64,000 nucleotides of DNA from an uncultured Thermoleophilia bacterium (GCA_963709845.1 CAVPXV010000006.1:644098-708097); one strand, 5' to 3'; positions 9,062 through 18,076 are shown, counted from the first letter of the stretch. Made by a program: numbers and translations. Notes: a model not told the origin generated them from the letters alone.

Positions 9062-9629
9062 CGTCGCCCTCCTCCGCCCCGGCGGCGGCGGAGCCGGCAT
9101 AGTGCTCCTCCAAGCCGAGTTCCTTGACCAGCGCGCGGATGACCTTGCGCGTGTGGTCGGCGCTCAGGTTGCCGTAGGTCTCGTCGTCGATGCGCATCAC
9201 CGGCGCCTGCGAGCAGGCCCCCATGCAGGCGACGGAGTCGAGGCTGAACTCCATGTCCGCCGTGGACTCGCCGTCGGCGACGCGCAGCTCCTGCGCGAAG
9301 GCCTCAGTGATGCGCGCCGCGCCGGCGACGTGGCAGGCGGTGCCGTGGCACACGAAGATCTTGTGGCGCCCGCTGGGGACGGTGGAGAACTGTGCGTAGA
9401 AGGTGATGATGCCGTAGATGCGCGAGGCCGGCACGCCGCTGAGACGGGCGATCTCGTCCACCGCCGCCTCCGGCACGTAGCCGAACTCGTTCTGGGTGCG
9501 TTGCAGCAGCGCGATCAGGTTGCCGTGGGGGTCGCCCTCTTCGACGATGACGGCGACCTGGTCGAGATCGCAGCCGTCGGCGTGCGCGTCGGCCTCCGCC
9601 GAATCAGTACGGACTAGTCGCCTGGGCAT
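9054..9629 (-). CDS. NuoE/HoxE-family [2Fe-2S] subunit
   Basis: ATG at 9629. Motifs ALLQRTQNEFGYVP, CHGTACHVAG and CMGACSQAP give the four Cys of the NuoE-type cluster. Confidence 0.85.
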   Translation of the reverse strand: MPRRLVRTDSAEADAHADGCDLDQVAVIVEEGDPHGNLIALLQRTQNEFGYVPEAAVDEIARLSGVPASRIYGIITFYAQFSTVPSGRHKIFVCHGTACHVAGAARITEAFAQELRVADGESTADMEFSLDSVACMGACSQAPVMRIDDETYGNLSADHTRKVIRALVKELGLEEHYAGSAAAGAEEGDDG

Positions 9630-9779
9630 CTCATCAACTCCGCGTCCACCTTGCACGTCCGTCGGGCGGCCGTGCCCGTGCGGGGCGGCCGCCCTCCTCT
9701 CATCTGTCTCTGCCTATTGAACCACGTCGTGCGCGCCGGTGCGCCCGGCGCCTCGCCCGCCCCGGACGCAGGCGGGCGC

Positions 9780-9797
9780 GCTGACGCGCGCGTCAGC
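9780..9797. repeat. 18-bp perfect palindrome GCTGACGCGCGCGTCAGC overlapping the folD stop codon, in the 163-bp folD to nuoE-like spacer
   Basis: Read directly. A second hairpin gcgccgg-tgcgc-ccggcgc lies at about 9731-9749. Confidence 0.35.
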
Positions 9798-10650
9798 TCG
9801 TGCCGGTCTGCGCCTTGCAGGCGACGAGGGCGTTCTTGAGCAGCATGACGTTGGTCACCGGGCCGACCCCGCCGGGCACGGGCGTCGCGCGGCCGGCGAC
9901 CACGAGCACGCCGTCCCACTCGAGGCTGCCCACCTGCTTGCCGTCCGCGCCGCGCATGGTGGTGACGTCGATGACCACGGCGCCCGGCTTTACCATGTCC
10001 TTCTTGATGAGGTCGCGCACCGGCGCCGCACTGATGAGCACGTCGGCCTCGCGGCAGGCGGCGGGCACGTCCTTGCTGAACACGTGCACGACGTGGACCG
10101 AGGCGTTGCGGTTGAGGCACAGCAGCGCGACCGGCTTCCCGACGATATTGGAGTGGTTCACGATGGTGACGTCGAGGCCCTGCAGCTCGATGCCCTCGCG
10201 GTCGAGGATCTCGATACAGGCCGAGGGCGTCGCCGGAGCGAAGAGCTGGTCGCCGAGCAGCACGTGGCCGATGTTGGCCGGGTTCACGCAGTCGAGGTCC
10301 TTCTCGGCCGCGATGGCGTTGAACACGGTGTTCTGCTCGATCTCCGCGGCCATCGGCATGAGCGCCAGGATGCCGTGTACATGGGCGTCCGCGTTGAGCT
10401 CGCCGATGAGACCGAGGATCTCGGCCTCGGAGGTGCCCGCCGGGAGCGTGTGGTCGTAGTAGTTGAAGCCGACGGTGCCGGTGTTCTTCTCGATCTGGCC
10501 GCGGTAGAAAGACGCACCGCCGTCGTCGCCCACCAGGATGGTGGCGACGCCCGGCTTGACTCCGCAGGTCGCGAGCTTCGCGACTTCCGCCTTGATCTCC
10601 TCGCGGATCTGCTCCGCGATCGCTTTGCCGTCGATGATCTCTGCTGACAT
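9793..10650 (-). CDS. folD: Bifunctional 5,10-methylene-THF dehydrogenase / methenyl-THF cyclohydrolase
   Basis: ATG at 10650 (MSAEIIDGKAIAEQIREEI...). FolD signature throughout, within tracked ORF 9793..10848. Confidence 0.9.
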   Translation of the reverse strand: MSAEIIDGKAIAEQIREEIKAEVAKLATCGVKPGVATILVGDDGGASFYRGQIEKNTGTVGFNYYDHTLPAGTSEAEILGLIGELNADAHVHGILALMPMAAEIEQNTVFNAIAAEKDLDCVNPANIGHVLLGDQLFAPATPSACIEILDREGIELQGLDVTIVNHSNIVGKPVALLCLNRNASVHVVHVFSKDVPAACREADVLISAAPVRDLIKKDMVKPGAVVIDVTTMRGADGKQVGSLEWDGVLVVAGRATPVPGGVGPVTNVMLLKNALVACKAQTGTS

Positions 10651-10684
10651 GGCGTGCCTCTCGAAGGTCGTCGGGGGATGATGG

Positions 10685-11326
10685 TCAGAGCCTGGAGTGC
10701 GTGATCGCGAGCACCTCGGCGCGCAGGGCCGCCGCTTCGGCCTGGATCTGCTCGATGCGTGCGCCGGCGGCCGCCGTGTAGTCGCAGTCTTCGATGGAGC
10801 CGAGGTTGATCTTGACGTTGAGCGCGGCGCCGACGACGGCGGCTTCACCGAGCACGGCGCCGATGCCGGCGTCGGTGACCGCCTGCGGATTGCCGAGGCC
10901 GGCCGCGGTCATGGAGAGGCGGCACACCTCGAGCGCCACCTCGCAGATCTCGAGCGGGACGTTGGCGGCGACGACAAGGCCGGCCTGCACGGCCGCCTTG
11001 CGCGCCGCCTTCTCCGCGTCCGTCTCCTTGGGCATCTTGTAGGCCTCGATGACGCCGTTGTAGGCCGTGGTGTCCTCCTGGAGCAGCGTCTCGAGACGCA
11101 CGCGCGCGGCCTCGGACTGCTCGAGGACGGCGCTCATCTCGGCGTCGACGTCGGCGAACTTCTCGCGGCCGCAGGTGAGGTTGCAGACCATGCTCACGAG
11201 GGCCGCGCCCAGGGCGCCGACACAAGCCGAGACGCTGCCGCCGCCGGGCGCGGGCTTCTTGGAGGCGGCGTCGTCGAGGTAGACCCGCAGGGCTTCTGTG
11301 GTGTAGGTGACTGGGGCGTCGCTCAC
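10685..11326 (-). CDS. fchA: Methenyl-THF cyclohydrolase / formiminotransferase-cyclodeaminase-like (FchA) protein
   Basis: GTG at 11326 with GGGAGG 7 nt upstream. KPAPGGGSVSA and an all-helical cyclodeaminase-like domain. Confidence 0.75.
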   Translation of the reverse strand: MSDAPVTYTTEALRVYLDDAASKKPAPGGGSVSACVGALGAALVSMVCNLTCGREKFADVDAEMSAVLEQSEAARVRLETLLQEDTTAYNGVIEAYKMPKETDAEKAARKAAVQAGLVVAANVPLEICEVALEVCRLSMTAAGLGNPQAVTDAGIGAVLGEAAVVGAALNVKINLGSIEDCDYTAAAGARIEQIQAEAAALRAEVLAITHSRL

Positions 11327-11422
11327 CGGTGTCCTCCCGGAGGTGAAGGGGTGGGGCTGACGCGGCGCCGAGGGGCGGGCCGGCCGCAGCCGGGGCCCGC
11401 CCCGCACACCGCGTATCCGTTC

Positions 11423-13153
11423 CTAGAACAGGCCGATGATGCGGCCGGTCTCGACGTCGATGTCGACGTCCACCGCCGCCGGCCGCTTGGCCAGGCCGGG
11501 CATGGTGCGCATCTCGCCGAGCAGGGGGTAGAGGTACCCGGCGCCGGTGGCCGGACGGATGTCGCGGATCGGCACGCGGAAGCCGCGCGGCCGGCCCTTG
11601 AGCGCCGGGTCGTGGCTCAGGGAGAGGTGCGTCTTGGCCATGCAGAGCGGCAGCTTGTCGAGGCCCTGCTCGGTGAACTTCTTGATCTTGGCCTCGGCTT
11701 CGGGCAGGTAGTCGACGCCGTCGGCGCCGTATACCTTGGTGGCGATGGTCTCGATCTTCTCCTTGATGGAGGCGTCCAGCGAGTAGAGGAACTCGAACTT
11801 GCCGCCCTTGTCGGCGGCCGCCTTGACGACCTCGGCGGCTTCCTGACCGCCGTCGCCGCCCAGGGCGTGGACGTTGATCGGCACGGCGTCCTCGGCTCCG
11901 GCGGCGATGGCCTCACCGCGCACGATCTCGACCTCGCCGTCGCGGTCGAAGGCGAAGCGGTTGATGGTCACGACGACGGGCAGGCCGAAGAGCTTCATGT
12001 TCTCGATCTGCTTGGCGAGGTTCTCGCAGCCCTTGGTGAGCGCCTCGTTGTTCTCCGCCTTGAGCAGCTCCGGATCGACCGGCAGGCCGCCGTGCATCTT
12101 GAGGGCGCGCATCGTGCAGGTGATGACGACGGCGCTCGGCGTGAAGCCGCCGTAGCGGCAGATGATGTCCATGAACTTCTCGGAGCCGAGGTCGGCGGCG
12201 AAGCCGCTCTCGGTGACGACGTAGTCGCTGAGCTTCATGGCGACCTTGTCGGCGATGATCGAGTTGTTGCCCTGGGCGATGTTCGCGAACGGACCGGCGT
12301 GGATCAGGCTGGCGTTGCCTTCGAGGGTCTGCATCAGGTTCGGCTTGATGGCGTCCTTGAGGAGCACCGTCATGGCGCCGCCGGCGCCGATGGCGTCCGC
12401 CGTCAGCGGCTCGCCGCTCGCGTTGTAGCCGAAGGTGATACGGCCGAGGCGCTCGCGCAGGTCCTTGAGCGACGTGGCGAGACCGAGGATGGCCATGACC
12501 TCGCTGGCGACGGTGATGTCGTAGCCGGTCTGGCGCGGGATGCCGTTGAGCTTGCCGCCGAGACCGTTGACGATCTCGCGCATGGCGCGGTCGTTGAGGT
12601 CGACGCAGCGCCGCCACGAGATCGTGAGCGGGTCGATCTGCAACTCGTTCCCGTGCATCAGATGGCTGTCGATCATCGCCGCAAGCAGGTTGTTGGCGGT
12701 ACCGACGGCGTGGATGTCGCCGGTGAAGTGCAGGTTGAGGTCCTCCATCGGGAGGAGCTGGGAGTAGCCGCCGCCGGCGGCTCCGCCCTTGATGCCGAAG
12801 ACCGGCCCCAGCGAGGGCTCCCGCAGCGCGAGCATGGTGTCGATGCCGATCGCGTTCATGGACTCGGAGAGGCCGACCGCCGTGACCGTCTTGCCTTCGC
12901 CGAGCGGAGTAGGCGTGATCGCCGTGACGTTGATGATCTTGCCGTCCGGCTTGTCCTGGAGCCGTTTGAGGACGGCCATGTAGTCGATCTTGGCCTTGTA
13001 GCGGCCGTAGAGTTCCAGCTCCTCATCCAGGATGCCGGCCTTGGCGGCGATCTCCTGGATGGGCTTCATGGTGGCTGCCTGGGCGATCTCGATATCGCTC
13101 GGCACCGGGGATTTACGAACGATCGAACTCAACGCGTCCTCCTTTGTCCACAC
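11423..13153 (-). CDS. fhs: Formate--tetrahydrofolate ligase
   Basis: Full-length Fhs signature (PTPLGEGKTVTAVGL, P-loop, ...). GTG at 13153 is the first in-frame start after the promoter. Start is uncertain; an alternative GTG lies 16 codons in. Confidence 0.9.
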   Translation of the reverse strand: MWTKEDALSSIVRKSPVPSDIEIAQAATMKPIQEIAAKAGILDEELELYGRYKAKIDYMAVLKRLQDKPDGKIINVTAITPTPLGEGKTVTAVGLSESMNAIGIDTMLALREPSLGPVFGIKGGAAGGGYSQLLPMEDLNLHFTGDIHAVGTANNLLAAMIDSHLMHGNELQIDPLTISWRRCVDLNDRAMREIVNGLGGKLNGIPRQTGYDITVASEVMAILGLATSLKDLRERLGRITFGYNASGEPLTADAIGAGGAMTVLLKDAIKPNLMQTLEGNASLIHAGPFANIAQGNNSIIADKVAMKLSDYVVTESGFAADLGSEKFMDIICRYGGFTPSAVVITCTMRALKMHGGLPVDPELLKAENNEALTKGCENLAKQIENMKLFGLPVVVTINRFAFDRDGEVEIVRGEAIAAGAEDAVPINVHALGGDGGQEAAEVVKAAADKGGKFEFLYSLDASIKEKIETIATKVYGADGVDYLPEAEAKIKKFTEQGLDKLPLCMAKTHLSLSHDPALKGRPRGFRVPIRDIRPATGAGYLYPLLGEMRTMPGLAKRPAAVDVDIDVETGRIIGLF

Positions 13154-13219
13154 TTCCGCGCGTTTCGCTGTGTGAGGAGACCCGCGCCGGGAGGCGCGAA
13201 GAGGGGCTCCTTGCGACGG

Positions 13220-13249
13220 ATTCTACAGGCGCGTCTTCGAGAGGGTCAA
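13220..13249 (-). promoter_or_regulatory. Strong sigma70-type promoter for the fhs operon: -35 TTGACC, 18-nt spacer, -10 TAGAAT
   Basis: Hexamers read on the minus strand about 60 nt upstream of the fhs start. The leader contains AAGGAG and a CUCCU anti-SD-like pairing segment. Confidence 0.45.
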
Positions 13250-13381
13250 TTTGGCCGTGAGGGCTGCCGCGGGCCGGGGAGTGCGGGGTCGAGAAGGCGG
13301 CCGTCTCGGCCGCGGGGGCAGGGCGCGGCGCGGCGGGTGTGGAGCGCCAGACGCCCGCCGACGTCGCCCCGCCGAGCGCGA

Positions 13382-15043
13382 TCAGAGCGCGCTGAAACGC
13401 GTGCGCGCGGCCGACTGGGCGGCTTCGTAGACGACCTTGACGGGCCGCCCCACGGCCGCTGCGACGCGGCGCACGTCCTCGTACTCCGGGGAGACGGTGA
13501 CGAGGCGTCCGTCGACGTAGCTGAGCCGGACGCCCACCTTGAGCTTGCCGATGGTGACCGTCTCACGACGCTCTTCCGCGTACATGCGTCCCACAGGGAG
13601 CACGCGCACGCCGAAGGTCGACGTCTCGCCGAAGAGGACGTCGGCGAGCCGGCGGTGGTCGGCGTCCTTGGCGAGCACGTGGAGGACGACGCCCAGCCGC
13701 CCCTTCTTCATCATCGCCGGGCTCATCCACACATCCACAGCTCCGGCCTCACGCAGCGCGTCGGCAGCGTGCGCCAGCAGCTCCGGCGTGCTGTCGTCGA
13801 TGTTGGTCTCGAGCAGCACGTGGTCGAGCGTGACCGGTCCCTTCGGCGCCGCGGTCTCGCCGGCCGGCGCAGGCACCACCGGCGGGGCGTCAACGGCGCC
13901 GTCCTCCGGCTCAGATCCGGCTTCGCGGGCCTCGGGCTCCGCGACGTCGTCGGGCCCACCCGTATCGAGTACGTCCGGCGCCGCCGGTCCTGCGGGCGCC
14001 GGCGCTTCCCCGGCGGCCACTTCCGTCTCGTCCGGCTGGGCCTCGCCGTCGTCGGGCCCACCCGTATCGAGTGCGTCCGGCGCCGCCGATCCTGCGGGCG
14101 CCGGCGCTTCCCCGGCGGCCGCACCCGTCTGCGCCAGCCCGGCCTCGTCGCCGGCGGCCACGCCTGCCTTCGCCGCCTCGTCGCTGTCTCGTTCCGAGCG
14201 GCGCACCCCCGCGGCTACACCGAACGGCGTGCGCCGCGCGATCTCGCTCCTCGCGTCGCCGCCGGATTCATCCTGTTTCTCGACCATCGTGTCCTCCCTC
14301 TCCGGCGCCGGCTCGATGAGCATCGCGCGGAGCACGTTGGGCCGGCCGGGGACCTCGCGGGTGCCGGCCCCGAGGCCGACAGCCGCGACGGCCCCGGCGG
14401 GCGCCGGGCCAAAGTCGACGGCGAACGACGCGAGCAGCGCCGCGCCGGTGGGCGTGGTGAGCTCGCCGAGTATCGGGCCCCCGTCGGGGACGGAAGCCGT
14501 GGGCACACCTTCGAGCAGCACGGCCACGGCCGGCGCGGGCACCGGCAGCTCGCCGTGCGCAGTCTCGACGGTGCCGTTGCCGAGCGCGGGCGGCGAGGCC
14601 ACCACGCGCTCGGGGCCGAGGTGGTGCAGCAACGCGACGGCGCTGATGAGGTCGACCGCCGTGTCGATGCCGCTGAGTTCGTGCAGGTGGACCACGTCCT
14701 CCCCGTGCACCTGACGCTCGGCGGCGGCCATGCGCTCGGCCAGCTTGGCCACATCGTCGGCCACCGCCTGGTCCAGTCTCGAGGCGTACATCGACATGAT
14801 GAGCTCGTCGAACGTGGCGAAGCCGGGTCCCTCCGGCACGCGGAACGCGAGGGCGTCGACGTCGCCGCGCCTCACAGCGCGCAGCGAGACGAGCCGCTTG
14901 TCGATGCCGGCCGCCCTCAGCGCCGGCCGCACGACCTCGTCGAGCGGCCCGGGCTCGTCGCCGGTCGCGCCGGCGACGCCGAGCAGCGCTGCTACGAGCA
15001 TGTCTCCGCTGATGCCGTTGGCGCAGTCCAGATACAGGATCAT
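13382..15043 (-). CDS. larC: LarC-family (DUF111) nickel insertion protein with a roughly 110-aa low-complexity acidic Pro/Ala-rich insertion
   Basis: N-terminal MILYLDCANGISGDM is the LarC signature. A conserved C-terminal domain is present. 553 aa, against about 420 typical. Confidence 0.8.
   Translation of the reverse strand: MILYLDCANGISGDMLVAALLGVAGATGDEPGPLDEVVRPALRAAGIDKRLVSLRAVRRGDVDALAFRVPEGPGFATFDELIMSMYASRLDQAVADDVAKLAERMAAAERQVHGEDVVHLHELSGIDTAVDLISAVALLHHLGPERVVASPPALGNGTVETAHGELPVPAPAVAVLLEGVPTASVPDGGPILGELTTPTGAALLASFAVDFGPAPAGAVAAVGLGAGTREVPGRPNVLRAMLIEPAPEREDTMVEKQDESGGDARSEIARRTPFGVAAGVRRSERDSDEAAKAGVAAGDEAGLAQTGAAAGEAPAPAGSAAPDALDTGGPDDGEAQPDETEVAAGEAPAPAGPAAPDVLDTGGPDDVAEPEAREAGSEPEDGAVDAPPVVPAPAGETAAPKGPVTLDHVLLETNIDDSTPELLAHAADALREAGAVDVWMSPAMMKKGRLGVVLHVLAKDADHRRLADVLFGETSTFGVRVLPVGRMYAEERRETVTIGKLKVGVRLSYVDGRLVTVSPEYEDVRRVAAAVGRPVKVVYEAAQSAARTRFSAL
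13945..14120. repeat. Tandem direct repeat, 2 near-identical units of 102 bp, inside larC encoding AAGEAPAPAG(S/P)AAPD(A/V)LDTGGPDD...
   Basis: Units at about 13945-14028 and 14047-14120 differ by a few bases. They are in-frame (34 aa each). Confidence 0.7.
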
Positions 15044-15123
15044 CGCCGTAACTCTACCCTTTGCGGCCGGGGGCGGGGCCGGACAGTCCGATTCCGGTCA
15101 TCGGCAGGTTCGGCCCGCTCCTG

Positions 15124-15129
15124 TAGAAT
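15124..15129 (+). promoter_or_regulatory. TAGAAT -10 box 6 nt upstream of the GT4 ATG, suggesting a leaderless transcript
   Basis: ctgTAGAATgccgccATG. No SD is present. The same TAGAAT -10 is used by the fhs promoter. Confidence 0.3.
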
Positions 15130-15135
15130 GCCGCC

Positions 15136-16161
15136 ATGCGCATCGCCCAACTGGCTCCCCCATGGATCACGGTCCCACCGGCCGGCTACGGCGGCACCGA
15201 GTGGGTCGTGCAGCAGCTCTGCGACGGGCTCACGGCGCGCGGCCACGAGGTCGTGCTCTACGCCTCCGGCGACTCGCGCACAGCGGCCGAGCTGCACGCC
15301 CTCTTCCCCGTTCAGATGCCCGAGGTGCTCGGCCAGACGAGCTACGACGCGCGGCACACCTCGTTCGCCTTCTCCGCCATAGAGGGCGGCGGGTTCGACC
15401 TCGTGCACGACCACTCCGGCTTCATCGCCGTCGCCTTCGCGCGCTACCTTGCGACGCCGGTGGTGCACACCGTGCACTGCGCCTTCGACGCGGCCGCCTA
15501 CGGCTTCTACGAGCAGTTCCGCGACGCCGTCCCGTACATCGGCATCAGCGCGTACCAGCAGTCGATGGCGCCGGCCGGCATGGACTGGGCCGGCCTCGCC
15601 TACAACGCCATCGCCGTGGAGCAGTGGCCCTACACGCCGCGGAAGGACGACTACCTGCTGGCCTTCGGACGCGTGTGCGAGGCCAAGGGCTTCCACCTCT
15701 CCATCGAGGCCGCCAAACGCACCGGCCACCGCCTGATCATGGCCGGCGTGCTCCAGGAGCCATATCGCCCTTACTACGAGGAGCAGGTGGCGCCGCACAT
15801 CGACGGCGACCAGATCGTGTACGAGGGCGAGGTGAGCGACGAGCGCAAGCGCGAGCTGTTCGCGCACGCCAAGGCGTTCGTCTTCCCCATCACCTGGCCG
15901 GAACCCTTCGGCCTCGTGATGATCGAGGCGATGGCCACCGGGACGCCCGTCGTGGCGCTGCGCCAGGGCTCGGTGCCGGAGGTCGTCGACCAGGGCAGGA
16001 CCGGGTTCGTGTGCGACACCTTCGACGAGTTCGTGGCGGCCGTTGGCCGGGTCGGCGAGATCGACCCGGCCGTCTGCCGCCGCACGGTGGAGGAACGCTT
16101 CACCGTCGCGCGCATGGTCGCCGAGTACGAGGCGATCTACCGGCGCGTGCTGAGCCGGTGA
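15136..16161 (+). CDS. GT4-family glycosyltransferase (group 1)
   Basis: N-terminal GT-B domain plus the C-terminal motif EPFGLVMIEAMATGTPVVA typical of GT4. Confidence 0.8.
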   Translation: MRIAQLAPPWITVPPAGYGGTEWVVQQLCDGLTARGHEVVLYASGDSRTAAELHALFPVQMPEVLGQTSYDARHTSFAFSAIEGGGFDLVHDHSGFIAVAFARYLATPVVHTVHCAFDAAAYGFYEQFRDAVPYIGISAYQQSMAPAGMDWAGLAYNAIAVEQWPYTPRKDDYLLAFGRVCEAKGFHLSIEAAKRTGHRLIMAGVLQEPYRPYYEEQVAPHIDGDQIVYEGEVSDERKRELFAHAKAFVFPITWPEPFGLVMIEAMATGTPVVALRQGSVPEVVDQGRTGFVCDTFDEFVAAVGRVGEIDPAVCRRTVEERFTVARMVAEYEAIYRRVLSR

Positions 16162-17237
16162 ACGCCGGCGGCGGGCGGCGCGAGCCGTCCGGCCTGACGC
16201 GGTACCTGGCGGACCCGGCCCACGAGGCGCGTCCGACACCCCTCCTCCTCTGCGGCGACGCCGCGCGGACGCTGGTGGAGTTCCCCGCGGCGTCCGTCGA
16301 CTGCTGTCTCACCAGCCCGCCCTACTTCGGGCACCGACGCTACGCCGCCGGCGGCATCGGCGCCGAGGGCCGCTGGCAGGACTACGTGGCGGCCCTCGGC
16401 ACCGTATCCAGCGAGCTGCGCCGCGTACTCAAGCCGACCGGCTCGTTCTGGCTCAATCTCGGCGACACGTACCGCGGCAAGCGCCAGCTCGGCATCCCGT
16501 GGCGGGTCGCCTTCCATCTCGTCGACGAGCAGGGGTGGACGCTGCGCAACAGCGTGGTGTGGCACAAGGTCAAGGGGGGACCCGACACGAGCCGCGACCG
16601 CCTGCGCAACGTGCACGAGCTGCTCTTCCACTTCGTCCTGCAGCCGCGCGGCTACCACTACGACGCCGACGCGGTGCGCCACGCGCCGCGCGCGGCACGC
16701 GTGGAGGGCGGCGCCGTGATCTCGGCGACCGGCGTGCGTGGCGTGCGCTACCGCCGGCAGATCGAGCTCTCGACGGCGCTGACGGCGGACGAGAGGGCGG
16801 CAGCGGCAGCGGCGCTCGACGGGATGCTCGCCGAGCTCGGCGCCGGACGCTTCGACGACTTCCGCATGGTCATCCGCGGCCGTCAGCGCGCCACGCACTC
16901 AGACCAGACGGCCGTCTCGGGCCGGGCGCGCGAGCTCGACGAGCGCGGTTTCTACTTCCTGCGCTACCACCCGCGCGGCGCCAAGCCCGGCGACGTCTGG
17001 GACATCCTCCCCGAGGACACGCAGGGCCGGGACGCCCACTTCGCGCCCTTCCCGGCCGACCTCTGCCGCGTCCCCATCCTCGCCACCTGCCCGCCGGGAG
17101 GCGTCGTGCTGGACCCGTTCTGCGGCACCGGCACGGCGCTCCTCGTGGCCCGCGAGCTCGGGCGCCGCGCTATCGGCATCGACATCTCTGAGGAGTACCT
17201 CGCGCTGGCGCGGCGCCGCTGGAGCGAGGGCGACTGA
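16158..17237 (+). CDS. Beta-class N4-cytosine/N6-adenine DNA methyltransferase (SPPY motif IV, C-terminal FxGxG motif I), apparently orphan
   Basis: GTG at 16158 overlaps the GT4 stop (GTGA). Motifs DCCLTSPPYF and VVLDPFCGTGTALLVARELGRRAIGID. Lies inside the spurious tracked 835-aa ORF 14730..17237. Confidence 0.85.
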   Translation: MNAGGGRREPSGLTRYLADPAHEARPTPLLLCGDAARTLVEFPAASVDCCLTSPPYFGHRRYAAGGIGAEGRWQDYVAALGTVSSELRRVLKPTGSFWLNLGDTYRGKRQLGIPWRVAFHLVDEQGWTLRNSVVWHKVKGGPDTSRDRLRNVHELLFHFVLQPRGYHYDADAVRHAPRAARVEGGAVISATGVRGVRYRRQIELSTALTADERAAAAAALDGMLAELGAGRFDDFRMVIRGRQRATHSDQTAVSGRARELDERGFYFLRYHPRGAKPGDVWDILPEDTQGRDAHFAPFPADLCRVPILATCPPGGVVLDPFCGTGTALLVARELGRRAIGIDISEEYLALARRRWSEGD

Positions 17238-17329
17238 CGCGCCCGCTTCGCGCCCGCCGCGGGCTGTACTAGGATGTCCGGCGAGCCGCCGCCGACGTCG
17301 CGGCGGATGAGCCACCGACCGGGGGACTC

Positions 17330-18037
17330 ATGGCCGAAGCCAACGCCAACGCGGAGATCGCCAAACACCTCACCGAGCACGGCGGGAGCGAGCACGGCGA
17401 GGGCGCGGCCGCCGGCCCTTCGCGCCGCCGCGTCGAGACCATCGAGATCCTCGAAGCCATCCTCTTGGCCATGGTCGCGATCGTGACCGCCTGGAGCGGC
17501 TACCAGGCGGCGAAGTGGGACGGCGTGAGCGCCAAGGACTACGCGACCTCGTCACGTCTGCGCGCGGAGGGCAACGACCGGCAGCTGTCGAGCAACCAGC
17601 TGCTCATCTACAACTCCGGGACGCTCACCGCCTGGCTGCAGGCGGAAGCCGTCGGCCAGACGAAGCTCGCGGCTCTCCTCGCGAACCGCTTCACCGCCAA
17701 CTACCGCGTCGCCTTCGACGCCTGGCTGAAGACCGACCCCGTGAACAACCCGAAGGCGCCGGCCGGGCCGCGCTTCATGCCGCAGTACAAGGATCCGCTC
17801 GCCGCCCAGGCGACTGAGCTCAACACTCAGGCGACCGATGCGTTCAGCGCCGGCGTGGAGTCGCGCGACCGTGCCGAGCACTACGTGCGCGTCACGATCC
17901 TGCTCGCCGCCGTGCTGTTCCTCATCGCCCTCGGGCAGCGCTTCACGATCCGCGGCGTGCGCCGGGCGCTGCTCGGGGTCGCCGGCGCGTTCCTCGTGTA
18001 CACCGTGATACTGCTGCTCACGTATCCGCGCGCCTGA
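17330..18037 (+). CDS. Hypothetical membrane protein (DUF4337-like; charged N-terminal region plus 2 C-terminal TM helices)
   Basis: GGGGGA RBS. Two predicted TM helices (ILEAILLAMVAIVTAW and LLAAVLFLIALG). Confidence 0.55.
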   Translation: MAEANANAEIAKHLTEHGGSEHGEGAAAGPSRRRVETIEILEAILLAMVAIVTAWSGYQAAKWDGVSAKDYATSSRLRAEGNDRQLSSNQLLIYNSGTLTAWLQAEAVGQTKLAALLANRFTANYRVAFDAWLKTDPVNNPKAPAGPRFMPQYKDPLAAQATELNTQATDAFSAGVESRDRAEHYVRVTILLAAVLFLIALGQRFTIRGVRRALLGVAGAFLVYTVILLLTYPRA

Positions 18038-18076
18038 GGCGGCCGGCCGGGCGCGAGCCCTCGACGGCGCAGCCGC

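Noticed and set aside
13154-13381. ZTP (pfl) or THF riboswitch upstream of fhs, which is a classic location
   Set aside because: The promoter maps only about 60-70 nt upstream of the fhs start. That leaves a leader too short for either aptamer, and I saw no recognisable conserved cores. An Rfam scan (RF01750, RF01831) would confirm.
10697-15382. Very long tracked ORFs, for example 1561 aa at 10697..15382 (+), 835 aa at 14730..17237 (+), 643 aa at 1339..3270 (+), and many 300-900-aa ORFs antisense to the annotated genes
   Set aside because: Their translations are Arg/Ala/Gly/Pro low-complexity strings typical of stop-codon-free frames in 70% GC DNA. They overlap genes with clear family signatures on the other strand or frame, and they lack RBSs. 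Only the real MTase segment 16158..17237 of ORF 14730..17237 was kept.
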